From assembly GCA_030390025.1 (NCBI GenBank), contig JASTWF010000345.1, positions 124,001 through 188,000 of the forward strand: a stretch of 64,000 bases of DNA, read 5' to 3'. The stretch comes from Squalus acanthias. Its lineage: Eukaryota. The notes under the pieces were generated by a model. That model had not been told where the DNA came from. It saw only the letters and a list, made by a program, of their open reading frames with translations, and ran no database searches. Below, one piece after another: positions 48,740 through 61,700 of this stretch; positions within the stretch are counted from its first letter, which is position 1; every line of letters begins with the position of its first letter. A program made the translations under genes and the position numbers.

Positions 48740-49752
48740 TGGCAGACCATGACGATTCTGGAGACCCTGGCTGTTATGTACTGAAGGGCTCCTCCAGATC
48801 TGTCAAGATATCTGAAGGGCATTTTCAGCATGTCTATTGTCTGCTTTATGACACATCTGGTGTAAATGTGGCTTTCATTATATCTCTCCTCAGCCTCAGT
48901 ACTTGGCCTCCTCAAGGGTGTCATGAGCCATGTCTTCAGTGGATAGCCCTTGTCTCCAAGCAGCCAGCCGGAAAGTCTGTTTGGAGGAGTGAAGAGCTGA
49001 GGGAGGGTGGACTGGCGCAGGACGAAAGAGTCGTGGCAGCTGCCAGGAAATTTGGTGCACACATGCATGATGATCTTCCTATGGTTGGAGACGAGCTGCA
49101 CATTGAAGGAGTAGAAGCCCTTGCGGTTGACAAAGACTCCTGGATGATGATGGGGTGCCCTGATGGCCACATGTGTGCAGTCGATGACACCCTGCACCCG
49201 TGGGAAGCCAGCCAGAGTGGCAAAGCTGAGCGCCTGTTCAGTAACAGTTTCTTCTTCAGTGGCAAAGTTGATATAATTGGCTGACTTGTCAAACAGGGCA
49301 TCGGTGACCTGTGTGATGCATTTGTGGGATGCCGACTGCGAGATGTCACAAATGTCTGCTGCAGATCCCTGGAAGGAGCCTGAGGTGAAGAAGTTGAGGA
49401 TGCTGGTGACTTTGACAGCCACTGGTAAGGCATGTCCACCAGGTCCTCTGGGCTGCAGGTCTTGCTCCAGCAATCTGCAAATGTCTGCGACGACCTGGCG
49501 CGATAGCTGGAGCTTCCTTTGGCACTGCTGCTCAGTCATGTTGAGGAAGTTCATCCTCTGTCTGTATACCCTGTGTTGTGGGTATCGCTTCCAGCACGGT
49601 GCAGCCCTGCGCTGATGCCCTCTATCAGGTGGTTGAGGAGAAGGTCGGTGGTGTTGTTGTTGCTGCTGCTGGTGTGCCTGGTGCTGCTGGTGTTGGGGCT
49701 CATCGTGGTCCAATTCTGAGGACCAAGGTGAGACCATATAAATGGCACCCAT
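48740..49752 (-). pseudogene. PIF/Harbinger DDE transposase (HARBI1-like family), C-terminally truncated
   Basis: [33 protein letters not shown]; the third catalytic E appears as K (RCVIKQTI); fused to CR1 sequence at ~48740; upstream element sequence to ~50130 matches 30900-31270. Confidence 0.95.
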
Positions 49753-51209
49753 GCTTATGTAATAGATGGTAGGTCAAGTAGAGATGACAGAAGCAATCTG
49801 TCAATGGTGTGATAGGTTGTATCAATGAGGTGAACTTTGCTGAAAACACTTGCAACTTCTAGAAAGCTAAATCTGTGCTGACAAGGCACTCAGCAACAGC
49901 ATCTGCCTTAGGAAAGTAACCAGGTGTCATATGGGAGTATTTATTGTGCTTTCCATGCTGTGCACTAATGAGTTGGATCAATGGCCACTGAACTTGCGCC
50001 TCAGGTTCACAGACGTGGTTCCTGAGCTGCGTGATTCCCGTGGTCATCCAGGGAATTTGAAAGGTAGGGTTAAAAAGAGGCTTAATGGTCTGACAAGTAC
50101 CTAATAATGATCTAAACGTTCCCTGGACCTAGTGACAGCTATGGGGTTAATATTTTAAAACTTTAATAGTTGCTATTAGCAAGACTATAAAAATATTTGT
50201 GCATTCAAATCCTCCTTTGGCAATATTTGTAGAGGTTTTTTCCATTAGTTTACTTCTGGCACAATCCACTGCTGGACCAACAATACACAGGATTCGAGCT
50301 TGGTTCTGACTTTTAAGTAATTCATATTAGGATAGGAACAACTATAGAATTACATTAATATTATTAATAAATTAGTTATCAAAATACATAAAAATCAAAC
50401 CATGCTTACAAGAAATTAAAGAAAAGCATTACTTGTTTCAGAGCATCTTTTTCTGCATTCTCTGTAATCCCGACTAATTCTACTTCTGTTTCACAGTATT
50501 TGCCTCATTCTTTTTTGCCGTTTCTTTCCTGCCGCACTTTTCTCACAAAATTCTTTCTTTTAAGCCTATTGCACTTCTACTGAACTCTCATTCCTGGGCT
50601 GCTTTTATTGCCATCGACCCTCTCATTCCTGCCACCCTTATTTTCTCTTGGGTCTATTCTCTCCTTCTTATGATGTTATGCTTATGTCAAATGCAGTACT
50701 TGACAAAAAAATATGATTTCTTCCTAGACTTACTCTTTTCCACTGAACTGTCTGTGACTTATTCACTTATCTTTCAGATATACAGACTCCTTTCACTAGG
50801 CCTCTGTTGTGCATTTTGGACTTTTCCTGAAAAATCTAAATCCTTACAACAAGCGGCAGCCATGGTAGATATGTCCTGAGAGCATTCTTTGACATATGAT
50901 CCATCAAGCGGCATTGAAATGTATTGCAAAATTCTTCTGGCACAGTAATACACCAATCTGACCACATTTAGCGAAGCTTATTTCATAGTTTCATAAAACA
51001 AGTATAATATAAATAGGATACATCATTGAACTCTATGGTTTGTAGAAAAAAGAAACAGTGGAACAGATCAGCAAAAAACAACCCTTTAGGCTCATTAGTT
51101 ACCTGACCTAATATAATTTTGTAGTTTATATTTTGGTAACCAGTTGTTTGTATCCTATGTGATGTATTACTTCATATATTATTTTAGATTATGCTTTTCT
51201 CCCATTCCA

Positions 51210-51315
51210 TTACTCAGTCAGTTGAGCAGCAGACTTGGTGCAGAATAGAGTTCGAATCCTGGCAGGCTTTGCTCAGCCTTTCATCCTGCCTAGGTGGATA
51301 GAATGAGTAGCCATG
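51210..51315 (+). mobile_element. Old tRNA-derived SINE head
   Basis: Box B GAGTTCGAATCC at ~51248 followed by CTCAGCCTTTCATCC...GGTGGATAGAATGAGTA, a conserved SINE-body motif (family uncertain). Confidence 0.55.
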
Positions 51316-52113
51316 TCTTAGGATGCAGAGAGTTACTGGTCCTTCCCACACTATTGCAGTATCATCCATCTGCTTAACAATAGAAATGGGGATCAGTGTC
51401 CCATTTCATCCCGAATGGGAACTGACCTCTCCAGGCAAGCAAGCAGTCTGTCTGTGTCTGTCGGTCTCTCCTTCAGGTAGGAGGGCCTGGATCATAAGTC
51501 TTTTTGTACCCATTGTTAGTGCTATGTTGCATCATTGAAGGTATGCTTATTAGGAGAAAGTTATGTCCTCCAGTAAAATGAGAGCTGTGGGATAATGATG
51601 AGCCCCATTTTGAAGTCTGACAAAGGACAAATGAAATTTAATATAAAGGATAGATGAGCTGCAATGGTAGTTGAAGCTAAAATTGGGATTCAAGTTCAGG
51701 ATTTTTAAATAGCTTAAGGATCTATCTTTGGAAATATCAGGCCACTCGGTTAAGATAGCGAAATCCAGGATCCAAGGTAAAAAAGAGTCTATAGGTAATG
51801 ACAGAAAATAAAGGAGAAAAATGAAGGCAAACTAATCAATAGAAAGCCTCAGGCTGCTCAGTGGGCTACGTCAATGGGCAGCACTCGGTTTCCCTTTGTT
51901 GGTGCTTCTTTCTAACACCATGTTTTCTAACATTCTAAGCTGAGCATTTAGTGTACCTTTATAAAGCCTGACACTTCATTCTAGTTGTCAGGATTTTATA
52001 CTGTCACTCACAGTTTATATAGATGTCCATTTTGTGTAACAGATTGCATACTTTCTGAAGAACATTATAAAATGTATCTTCTGGAAAACAAATAATGTTG
52101 AATTGAAAATGAT

Positions 52114-52662
52114 GGGGTTGACTTTAACCCTACTAGCCTGGAGGACACCGGGCAGGTGGGCAGTTTAAAAAAAAGAAGTTTACTTACTTGCTCAGATCCC
52201 GAACACTTTTGATTTTAACCTGCAGGGTATTGGAGGCAGATGAGGCATGTGGGAGCCTCGTAAATTTATGCAAATCGAGATCCTATTAGGTCAGTAGGAC
52301 TCCGATACAGTTTTAACTGGGGTCTGAGTGGGGAAGCCCGCTAGACAGAAGCAGGTCTGACGACAGAAGAGGCCCTGTGAGGTACGTCTAAAACTTTCCT
52401 TGGTGGAGCCAGGAGGAGGAGGGGGAGTGCTCCTCCAGGCCCCACAAGGAAAGTTGTGGCCTCCCCTGCCCCGGACTTCCCCCACCTTCCCTCCCACAAG
52501 ACCTGCCGGAAGCCCCCTCTCTGCCACTTACCTGGAAGCCAGTATTTAAATGAGGCCAGGGAGTTAAAATACCCTGGGCCTGATATTTAGACCAGCGAGT
52601 GCGTTTTGCACTTTCCTTGTGCCCTGCCCACCCTAAACCTATTTTGGGTTAAAATTGACCCC
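52114..52662. mobile_element. MITE with Harbinger-type TIRs
   Basis: GGGGTTGACTTTAACCC / rc GGGGTCAATTTTAACCC; same TIR type as 1726 and ~23046. Confidence 0.75.
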
Positions 52663-53364
52663 TAACTTATTCAGAACAGATGAATCTTTTTGTACATGTA
52701 TGGTATCCTTTCCAACACTGAGATAACACAAATGACTTGAAACAGGTGAAAGGCATGACACGTCCTCTTTATGAGCATCAGAGGCTTTAGGGTGTCAATT
52801 CACATTAAATGTGTAAAGTGCTCATACATAGTTACCACTGTTGCTATGAAGGAAATTCCATTAACTGCTGGTAATTTAAAGTCATTTTTTGTGCTAAAAT
52901 TATGTGTGCAATAATTTGAATTAAGCAATGTAAATAACACATCAATGTGGGAAATTAGGACTAAAAAAATCTGAATTAGATGATTTTAATTAAGCAACTT
53001 TGAATTAAGAGGAGTAGACTATAAATGTAGCCATCCCATTGCATGCAAATTGCAGTGGGGCATCCTAATTACGTCAACAACCTCAAAATTACCCATTTAA
53101 TATTTGTAAATGCGTGTAGCGGTCTCAATGCCGGTGGAAAGTTTGTACTATAAACTGGAAGATTGGTGTATAAATATGCTCTCAGTGCCTGCCACTGTGC
53201 AGTTTCTTAACATTGATTCCTTCATCCACAGTTTCATGTCATGTTTAAAGCTGCTGTTGCCTACAAGCTGTGCATAATTTTTTGTTAAATGTTATCTTTT
53301 CTCATTTTGGATGGAAATTAAAGCCTTATGTCCCATCTCCATTCCCCATTTATGTTCTCCTCAT

Positions 53365-54585
53365 TTTTTTCATTATTCGTTCCTGGGATGTGGGCGTCAC
53401 TGGCAAGCCTTCTTGAACCGCTGCAGTCCGTGGGGTGAAGGTACTCCCACAGTGCTGTTAGGGAGGGAGCTCCAGGATTTTGACCCAGCGACGATGAAGG
53501 AATGGCGATATATTTCCAAGTCAGGATGGTGTGTGACTTGGAGGGGAACTTGGAGGTGATGGTGTTTCCATGCGCCTGCTGCCCTTGTCCCTCTAGGTGG
53601 TAGAGGTCGCTGGTTTGGGAGGTGGTGTCGAAGAAGCTTTGGCGAGTTGATGCAGTGCATCTTGTAGATGGCACACACTGCAGGCACAATGCGTCGGTGG
53701 TGGAGGGAGTGAATGTTTAAGGTGGTGATGGGGTGCCAATCAAACGGGCTGTTTTGTCCTGGATGGTGTCGAGCTTCTTGAGTGTTGTTGGAGCTGCACT
53801 CATCCAAGCAAGTGGAGAGTATTCCATCACACTCCTGAGTTGTGCCTTGTAGATGGTGGAAAGGCTTTGGGGAGTCAGGAGGTGAGACACTCACTGCAGA
53901 ATACGCAGCCTCTGTCCTGCTCTTGTTGCCACAGTATTTATGTGGCTGGTCCAGTTAAGGTTTTGGTCAATGGAGACCCCAGGATGTTGATGGTGGAGTA
54001 TTCAGCAATGGTAATGCCGTTGAATGTCAAGGGGCGGTGGTTAGACTCTCTCTTGTTGGAGATAGTCATTGCCTGGTACTTGTGTGGCGCGAATGTCACT
54101 TGCCACTTATCAGCCCATGCCTGAATGTTGTCCAGGTCTTGCGCTTGCAGTCATAGACTGCTTCATTATCTGTGGAGTTGCGAATGGTGCTGAACACTGT
54201 GCAATCATCAGCGAACATCCCCACTTCTGACCTTATGATGGAGGGAAGGACATTGATGAAGCAACTGAAGATGGTTGGGCCTAGGACACTGCCCTGAGGA
54301 ACTCCTGCAGCGATGTCCTGGGGCTGAGATGAATGACCTCCAACAACTACAACCATCTTCTTTTGTGCTAGGTATGACTCCAGCAAATGGAGAGTTTTCC
54401 TCCTGATTCCCATTGACTTCAAATTTACTAGGGCTCCTTGATGCCAGACTCGGTCAAATGCTGCCTTGATGTCAAGGGCAGTCACTCTCACCTCACCTCT
54501 GGAATTCAGCTCTTTTGTCCATGATTGGACCAAGGCTGTAATGAGGTCTGGAGCCGAGTGGTCCTGACGGAACCCAAACTGAGCA
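53365..54585 (-). mobile_element. 5'-truncated copy of the tRNA-headed LINE family
   Basis: ORF 54096..54533 [28 protein letters not shown]; collinear with 45395-46650. Confidence 0.95.
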
Positions 54586-54879
54586 TCATATAACTAAAGA
54601 TTTTTTTATATAATAAACTAATTCCAGGTAGAGATGCCAACTTGTGAGGAGTTCCACAGTAGAAAATGCATTTGCTTGCAGAATAGAGATCTGGATCGTG
54701 TGAATTTACCATTTGTGGTCATTGTTGACTAACTGATGTGTGGTAAATTGCCAGAACATGTCTTGATGTAATTATTAGCATAAGAATTGCCTGTTGTTAT
54801 CGTACACTAGTTAGAACACTGACCTTTAACCTCTACAATGAGTTTGAATCTAACCCTGAATGTTATGTGACAGTCTCTT

Positions 54880-56975
54880 ATCTCAATGTACTCCTACTAA
54901 ACGTTTGACTTCGAAACTGCCATCATCACCGTCCTTTTCAAAAAGCCCATCCTTGAACCTTCCCTCCTCGCTAACTAGCACCCCATCTCCAATGTACCAG
55001 GCTTCTCCAAGGTCCTTGAAAATGTTGTCGTCTCTCAGATCCCTGTTTGAATCCATCCAATCAGATTTCCACCCCTCCCACAGCACTGAAATGGCCCTAA
55101 CCAAAGTAATGAACTACATTTTATTTGACTGTGACCATGGTGCATTATCCCTCTCATCCTCCTTGACCTCTGTGCTGCCTTCAACAATGCCTCTCCTCCA
55201 TTGTCCAGGTTCCACTCTTACCTATCCCATAGAGGCCAGAGTATCTCCAGCAATGGCTTCTCTTCCCACCCCCATACTGTCACTTCAGTAGCTCCCCAAG
55301 GATCCGTCCCTGGCGTCCTCCTCTTCTCATCTACATTACTGTACCTTGGCAACATTACCTGCAAACCTAGGGTCAGCTTCCACATGCATGGTGATAACAC
55401 CCAGCTCTATCTTTCCACCACCGCTCTCGACCCTCCCACTGCATCTTTTCTGTCAGACCGCTTGTCCGACACCCAGGCCTGAATGTGCCACACCTCCATC
55501 TGAAAATTGTGAAGGCTAAAGCCATCAGCTTTGGCCTGTGGCACAAACTCTGTATCCTTCCCACCTCTTGCAGCAATTGTCTCACACTGAACTGAACTGC
55601 TCACAATCTCAGCATCAGTTTGACCCTAAAGTGAGTTTCTGGCCGCATATCTTGTTCGTCAGAAGGACTGCCTAGTTCCACATGTGTGATGTCACCCAGC
55701 TCTGCCCATCTGCTATTGAAACGTTCATTTATTATTTTGTCTCCAGACCCGAATGTCCCAAAATTGCAATTGGGGCTGAAGTGGAATCCCAACAAATCTC
55801 TAGATCGACAGCCAGAAAATGGTGTGGAACTCTTTTTTTAGCTGCAGCCATTTTCTGAATTATGGGCCATGGGCAGATCTTCCATCATGCACCTTACGTC
55901 AAGCAGGGGTGTCTAGAGAATTCCCAGGCAACCCCAGGAATTCCATTTGTTATGCCCTTAAAAGAACTCAGTAGATCAGTAGTACTGAAAGCTGGTGCCA
56001 GTCCTTTTCAATTCTTTTGAAAGGGCCCAGAAGCTCAGCAGAGGAAGGTTAACCATTCTTTCCTTGTCCTGCCAAAAGACTGCCTTCAGATCCCAAGACT
56101 TTTTCTTTTGCTCTGTGTTCTTCAGCGTACAATGGGCCTCGGGGTACCTCCACTTGAACAGTTATAGGTAACTCCACCTTAGAAGAGCAGATCAGGAGGA
56201 CACCATTGAAGCTCCCTTGCAGGTGCCAGAAGCCCACCCCACTGCGTTAGTGGTCATGTTGCCGTTTTCAGCCATCACCAGACATACAGCCCACTCCACC
56301 ACACTTCTGCCAGTGCAGCAGGCTGATCAGAATTTCGGGGCCAGTTACTCCAATATTCTCCTGGCTGGCCTTTCGTTGTCTACCCTCCATAAACATCAAC
56401 TCATCCAAAACTCTACCTCCTGTATCCTATCCCACACCAAGTCCCACTCGCACGTCATCCCTGTGCTCGCTGACCTACATTGGCTCCTGGTCCCTCGCCA
56501 CCTCAAATTTAACATTCTCACCCTCGTGTTTAGATTGCTCCATGGCCTCGCCCCTCCATATTTTTGTAACCTCCTCCAGCCCTACACTAGCCATTGCTCT
56601 TACCATTAACAGCTGTGCTTTCAGCCACCTAGGTCCAATGTCTGGAATTACCACCATCCCTCCCTAAACCCCTCCACTCTCCACTTCAAAGATGCTACCT
56701 TAAAACACACATCTTTCATCGAGCTTCTTGGTCACTCTTCTATTCTGTCCTCCTTTGGCGCAGTCTCCATTTCTCATTACAACTCTGTGAAGCACCTTGT
56801 AGTATTTACCTGTTACCAGGAATTTCCTTGGAGCTGCTCCCGCTCCACCACCGTAACTTCACTGGATACATCTGTGGGGTTTCTGCTGCACCACCGGCAA
56901 AGTTATGGCAGCGAGCGGGAGCAGCATCGAGGAGATTTTTGGCACATGTTAAAGGGACACTATAAATGCAAGTTG
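54880..56975 (+). mobile_element. Degraded L2 LINE, interrupted by MITE-like sequence (~55770-56342)
   Basis: QSDFHPSHSTEMALTKV, PQGSVPG, HMHGDNTQLY, QLIQNS...HVIPVLADLHWL; tail TATAAATGCAAGTTGTTG. Confidence 0.85.
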
Positions 56976-56981
56976 TTGATG

Positions 56982-57199
56982 TTAGGGGAATGTGACCAAT
57001 TAGTTAAATGTGTTTCTCATTCAGTGCTGAGTAATGTGCAGTTTCATACTATGAACTCACAGCCAATATGCTAAGACTGCCCAAAATGATTTAATTTTGG
57101 GCATTCTGAGCATAGTGGCTGAGAGGTCACAGTATGAAACTGCACAAAGTTCAGCACTGAATGAGAAACACATTCTATTAATTGGTCGCATCATCCTGA
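56982..57199. repeat. Long imperfect palindrome (fold-back element)
   Basis: ~100-bp arms (GACCAATT...GTGTTTCTCATTCAGTGCTGA...GTGCAGTTTCATACT...TGCCCAAAAT and reverse complement) around a ~6-nt loop. Confidence 0.9.
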
Positions 57200-57524
57200 A
57201 TGTTGCAATGGAAGATATTTGTATATCTATCAGTATTACAGTGTTTTAAGGTTTAACATAATTAAGAGCCGTCCTGGGACCAGATATTTTATGTAGAAAG
57301 TCTCCTGATTTGGAAGGTCCCTGACACCAATAAAGTAAAGTAGTTTTCATAATCCCATGTTCCTGATGTAATTTGCCTAAAGACCATTATCTGCCTGGTG
57401 AGGGGTAGGCAGGGAGGACTAAGCAGGGTCTCTTTGGGACCAAGGTTAGTGATGGAAGATTGGCACTGAGTCAACTGTCCATGGCAGAGTTGATAATCCA
57501 ATATTTGAGCCAGGTAAGTGAGAA

Positions 57525-58585
57525 CTTGGCTCAGTGGTAACATTGTTACCTCAGCCCCAGTCCAGGACATGAGCACTACTGAAGGACTGGTGCAGTGTCA
57601 GAGATGCCATCCTTTTGATAATATGTTAAACCGAGATCCCATCTGTCTATTCAGGTGGACATAAAAGATCTTATGGCACTATTTGAAGAAGAGCAGGAGA
57701 GTTCTCCTGATGTCCTGGCCAACATTCATCCCTCAACCAACATCACCGAAACAGATTAGTTGGTGTGTGAAAGACTGATACTTGGATGTTTTTAGTCATA
57801 ACATGTATAAGTATAAGTGTGAGTGTAGAATAGTGAACTTCACATTAACCAGATATCTATATTCTGTATGACCTGTGATGACTTGTGCATAAAATGATGC
57901 TCAAAATGTAACTGCAAAGACAGCCGGGACTAGTCAAGGCTGGTTCTGATAACGGATGGACACACAGCTACACGGCTCTAGGTTGGATGTCTGATAATGG
58001 TGAACAATGGTAGAACTGTTAGGCTGGGAGGGGCCGAGATGCTAACCTTAGTCTGAGTGACAATGGTATTTTGACCATTAGAGCCAATTAAAAAAGGTGA
58101 TTTTGTTAAAAAATCATATATGGACATTGGCCAACCGAACTTTTGATAAGAAATGGGTTAAAACCTCAATACTCAAAGAGCAACTTCACACAGATCTACC
58201 GCGAAGAACCAAGAGCGAAGGAACAGACTGAAGACGACGTCACCTGTGTCCGAGAGGTTCCAGAGACCAAGGGCTGCGAGCTACTCATTAAACTATTGCC
58301 TGTTGTTAAGTATATTACACTGTAAGCTAAATAAATCTTGATCTATTGCCCAAGTACTACTGGTTGCTATCTATTTTGAGTGTCTCGTCCAAGAACTCTG
58401 AGAGATTATTAAGATCTTACATTGACCATTTATCTAATTTGCTGTTTTTGGGACCTTGATGTGTGCAATTGCCTATAAGACAACAGTGACTACTTTTCAA
58501 AAGTAATTAATTGGCTGTGAATTGCTTTTGGTCACCCAAAGGATGTGAAAGGTGGTATGTAAATACAAGTTAGTTTGTTCTTTTT
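57525..58585 (+). mobile_element. Deu-domain SINE split by a solo LTR
   Basis: TGGCTCAGTGG box A at ~57527, central domain to 57763, resumes at 58422 through the tail AAATACAAGT. Confidence 0.85.
57764..58421 (+). mobile_element. Solo LTR, 658 bp
   Basis: TG...CA termini (TGTGTGAAAGA...TCTTACA), flanks TTGG/TTGA, AATAAA at ~58330, cleanly interrupts the SINE. Confidence 0.75.
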
Positions 58586-61099
58586 AGGTCCACAGTTGAT
58601 GTGCCTGGTGGCTGGTCAATTAATGGGACCTGGAAGGTGACCTAATCTGTCACTGGGACTGGGATTCTTTCCACTTGACGAGAAATAACCTTGCAAGCTA
58701 TAGCTTCAACAGGTAGGATAGTCCTGGCTGGACAACTAATGGAAAGTTTTGTGCTTCCAAGCTGTGCGGTTTTAGTTTGATACTCCAGTAGTACCACTGC
58801 ACACATTTGTCTGGATTTAGGTAAATTAAAACAATCAAAACTCTACCTCTGTGGATTTCTTAGTAGCTTAGTTATGGAGTCTCAAATATGATGCATAGGA
58901 CTCAGCTGATCATAAACCACAATTACGAGGGAAAGCTATCAAACACTCAAAAGTGTTAAAGGTAGGATTATCCAACAGGTCAGCAGAGCATACGTTCCCT
59001 TAAAATTTTTATCCTTGTTCAAAGATGTCACAAAGATGGAAATATAAAATTTATAAATACAGTAGGGTATACTCTTCTGAGTTGGAATTAAGGCACATTG
59101 TTGAGATACAGGAAAGGGAGCTTTACTCTTCATGATACGTGCTATATGTGACCTGGTAATGCTTTATGTTGACACTGGGTGCAAAATGTAGAAAGGAATT
59201 TCATTCCTCAGCCTAGACATCCTTCACCTTGATGAGCGCACAAAAAAAATCACCAATATAGAAATGACAGTGATATGTTCACACTTTTGCAACGAAGAAC
59301 ATATTTCATTCATGAGCTGTCTGCTGAGCCTGTAAAGCCTTGGGCATTGCTTGCCAATTAGAACCAAGTATTTCCTGGGTCCTGGACACTGGGGTCTCCT
59401 CTCCTCCGGTGTAAATCATTAATATCTCCAAACTGGTAAACAGTTGCTACAATATCACCAATTTAGTAAGATGTGCTTCTGAGAGCATTATTTATAATGA
59501 ACCCAACATAATGCAGTCTTGCTTCACCTCATACTAAATACCACTAGTGAATACTGGAATGTATTAGTGAAACTTGTGCTGAAGCATTATTTGTACTGTT
59601 CCACCCCTTATAATGAGCTCTTAATTAATGGTACTAAGTAATACAGCTGGCCATTAGTGCAGAGCAGATCATCTAAACTGACTGTAAATATCTCATTGGC
59701 GACTGCTGAGGCAAATAAGCTATTAGTAATGTTAAATCCACTCAAATGTGAGAGTGCCAGTAACAAAACCAAGGCCCAAACTTCTTATTTGTATTTCTTT
59801 GCCTTAAGAATAATTGTGCTAAGAATAACAGATTTAATTTTCAGCAAAAGATATTTTCCCGTATTTAGAACATTCTTTGAAATCGGACCGTAGTACAGTG
59901 CGATATTCTTTATCAGGCGGCCCAGCAGGGTGAGCTTCACCAGACTTGGACAGGCCACAGAAAACTGGAAAAAGAGGGACCCCTTCTCCCATCACTCGTG
60001 TACACGCCCCCCGCCCCATCTGTTTTGTAATGTAGACATTTGAGTTTTGATGCTATCCATTGAAGATCTGGGGATGGGATCATTATTCTTTCCCTGTCAA
60101 GGACATTATCAAGGAAAAGCATAGATAAAAAAGAATGAGAATTAAGTTATTTCGCTTTGAAGCTGTTCAAGCAAATGAAAAAGCCTTGAAGAGAAACTAA
60201 CAACTTTCTGAACACGCCAAACAGCTGTTGCTAATATTATCCACAGGGGTCCCTTTCCTATTTTTCTGAAGCCTTTATATCCAAGTACAAGATGCTCGCA
60301 TTCTCCAGCTGCATTTTCTTTATTACATTTCAAGTTTTTTGTCTTTTTGTAATATATGTTTTTGGGACTCGTCTGCTGATCATTTTTAAAATACTTTGTA
60401 ACTTTTAATAGATATATATATATATATGACAGCAATTATCTTACATAATGCTGCAGTAAGAATCTAGTTTGTATAATTTGCCAGCATTTAGATGTATAAC
60501 TAGGCCTTGAACCACAAAGGCTATATGGTTCAGCAAATGTTTATGATAGTTATTAAAATTATTAGCTAAATGCTATTTCAAAGCATGTTCAGTAAAACTA
60601 CTGCTAGAGAATGTAGATTGATTGAGCAGAGTCCTGTGATTATACAATGACCTACATGTAATAATTATTTTGTGTATTTAATTAAGTATGCTGGTCTGTC
60701 ACAAAGCCACAAATTGTGTATTGATATAACTGTAATGTCATCAATCTGTAATAATGACTTACAGGTTTTACTATAAAGTATTGGGCCACCCGTTTAAACA
60801 AGTAGCAATGTTTCCTGTTTATTGTTTGCAATATCAGAATACATGTGTAAAATATACAAGATATGCAACACAAAAATCATCTTTGCTAATTTTATTGAGG
60901 GGTGCTGTTGGTTCAGGTATTATAAATCAGAATGTTTCCATAGTGTCTTTCTGGGAAGTCTTCATTTAACATTTCACCAAATCTGCTATTTTTATTTTCC
61001 TCTAAGTTTTTGAGGTCACTTATACTTTTTATTCCAGACATTTTTGGCTTCTCTGTTTCAGACTATTCTTGTAGGTAAACCCTCACTGCCTTCATCCCA

Positions 61100-61445
61100 G
61101 AGAGTATCTTCACTTGCCCTGAAAATGGTCACATCATTAATGCATTCCAGGCCATAATTCCTGAGTCCTTTCAGAATGGAATCCACCAGCCGTTGGAAAG
61201 TGATGGATGCATTCTAAATTCCGAAAGACATGACTATAAACCTGTACAGCTCTAACGGTGTAGGAAACCTGGAGCGTAAATAGACCCCTGCGTTTAGTGG
61301 CACCTGCCAATAGCGATTTGTCAGGTTGACAGATACTTTGCACCTCTGAGCTTCTCAAAGATCTCCTTCATGAGATGCATAGGGTAGGTATCAGCTTGTG
61401 TCAGGACATGTAGTTTCCTATAATCTACACAGAACTGCATGATTT
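61100..61445 (-). pseudogene. Ty3/Gypsy reverse transcriptase remnant
   Basis: Manual translation: QFCVDYRKLHVLTQADTYPM...EKLRGAKYLST/LTNRYWQVPL...FPTPLELYRFIVMSFGI*NASITFQRLVDSILKGL...CINDVTIF. Confidence 0.9.
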
Positions 61446-61464
61446 TGTGCTCCTTAGTCTTCCA

Positions 61465-61700
61465 ACAGCACTGACAATGCCTTTGGTTAGGCCGCAGTTG
61501 GAAATTTGTGTCCGGTTTTGGGCCTCACACTTTAGGAAGGACATCAAGCCAGTGTCGAAGAGATGATAAAATTATACCAGGGATTAAATGATTTAGTTAT
61601 AAGAGAGATTAGAGAGATTGGGTTCTTTTCATTAGGACAGAGACTTGACAGGTGATCTGATAGAGATATTTAAATTTATTACAGATTTTGATAACATGAT
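61465..61700 (+). mobile_element. Old CR1 fragment
   Basis: TTGGTTAGGCCGCAGTTGGAA...CACTTTAGGAAGGA...GGTGATCTGATAGAG. Confidence 0.75.

Larger units (their letters stand above)
41980..48740 (+). mobile_element. CR1 with 5' UTR and ORF1; ORF2 degraded, interrupted at 45391-48502 and truncated at ~48740
   Basis: 5' UTR repeat GGAGGAGCGGACCTAACTGGGAACC x2; ORF1; ORF2 pieces 43443-45390 and 48503-48740 (GVPQG, KFADDTK). Confidence 0.95.

Noticed and set aside
48700..49752. Calling the ORF the host gene HARBI1
   Set aside because: Truncated, catalytic E lost, and related non-autonomous copies occur in the window; it is a transposon copy
59834..60435. Short ORFs and possible exons
   Set aside because: No recognisable protein similarity; splice sites are weak and inconsistent
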